From positions 8,180 through 72,179 of the forward strand of contig DATHEF010000069.1 in assembly GCA_035490435.1 (NCBI GenBank): a DNA stretch of 64,000 bases, in the 5' to 3' direction. Positions within the stretch are counted from its first letter, which is position 1. Each line of letters starts with the position of its first letter. The translations under genes were made by a program, and so were the position numbers. Shown one piece after another: positions 63,970 to 64,000 of the stretch. The stretch is from Thermoanaerobaculia bacterium (GTDB lineage Bacteria; Acidobacteriota; Thermoanaerobaculia; Multivoradales; UBA5704). Below the pieces are notes generated by a model. The model was not told the DNA's origin. It saw only the letters and a list, made by a program, of their open reading frames with translations, and made no database searches.

Positions 63970-64000
63970 ATGGCCAGTCCGCTCACGCTGCTCCTGCCGG
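63970..64000 (+). CDS. 5' end of an unidentified gene (10 codons only)
   Basis: ATG at 63970 is preceded by GAGGAGG with a 7-nt spacer and begins MASPLTLLLP..., a signal-peptide-like start. It is too short to classify. Confidence 0.3.
   Translation, partial: MASPLTLLLP

Overview
This is a high-GC chromosomal window; hand-counted 60-nt lines inside the NRPS give 63-73% G+C. It comes from a diderm bacterium, since BamA, Skp, LpxD, FabZ, LpxA and LolCDE are present. The duplicated FtsX/MacB-type ADOP orphan permease suggests Acidobacteriota, but that is inference only. Almost every gene from 1 to 53.7 kb is on the minus strand, and many are translationally coupled through ATGA or TTGA overlaps.

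The left flank (1-10 kb) holds a partial arylamine N-acetyltransferase, a 13 x 21-bp phased repeat array, a secreted tandem-domain protein, guaA, gpsA-plsY, thpR, cinA, thymidine phosphorylase and a TPR membrane protein.

The centre (10.06-37.74 kb) is a hybrid PKS/NRPS biosynthetic gene cluster. It consists of:
- a free-standing carrier protein;
- a 2308-aa KS-AT-KR-DH-T-(inactive E-like) megasynthase;
- an inserted CRTAC1/FG-GAP secreted protein and an orphan ADOP permease;
- a 5208-aa tetramodular NRPS, C-A(Ser)-T-C-A(Ser)-T-ST-C-A(?)-T-C-A(Thr)-T-ST-TE.

The NRPS carries two embedded PAPS-type sulfotransferase (ST) domains. One of them forms a terminal T-ST-TE tridomain analogous to CurM/olefin synthase. 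This is the most interesting system in the window. tRNA-Arg(CCT) marks the right edge of the cluster.

The right flank runs apt-acyP-pcm-surE-mtnP, a Gfo/Idh/MocA oxidoreductase, lpxA-fabZ-lpxD-skp-bamA, clpC, lolD-lolC/E and lysS. After that come:
- a hidden 66-aa secreted Cys-rich peptide;
- a plus-strand PNP / BtaA-like(DUF3419) / CTP-kinase-like membrane protein operon;
- a thioredoxin-fold gene with an in-frame TGA at the first Cys of its CxxC motif plus a frame change (selenoprotein candidate or pseudogene);
- a lower-GC islet with an orphan UPF0175 antitoxin, an M35 peptidyl-Lys metalloprotease with a prodomain-like lipoprotein, and a PIN-like toxin pair;
- an RPH-like PEP-utilising phosphotransferase.

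No rRNA, CRISPR array, integrase or transposase was seen. Domain and motif coordinates were read by hand and are approximate to within roughly 30 nt.
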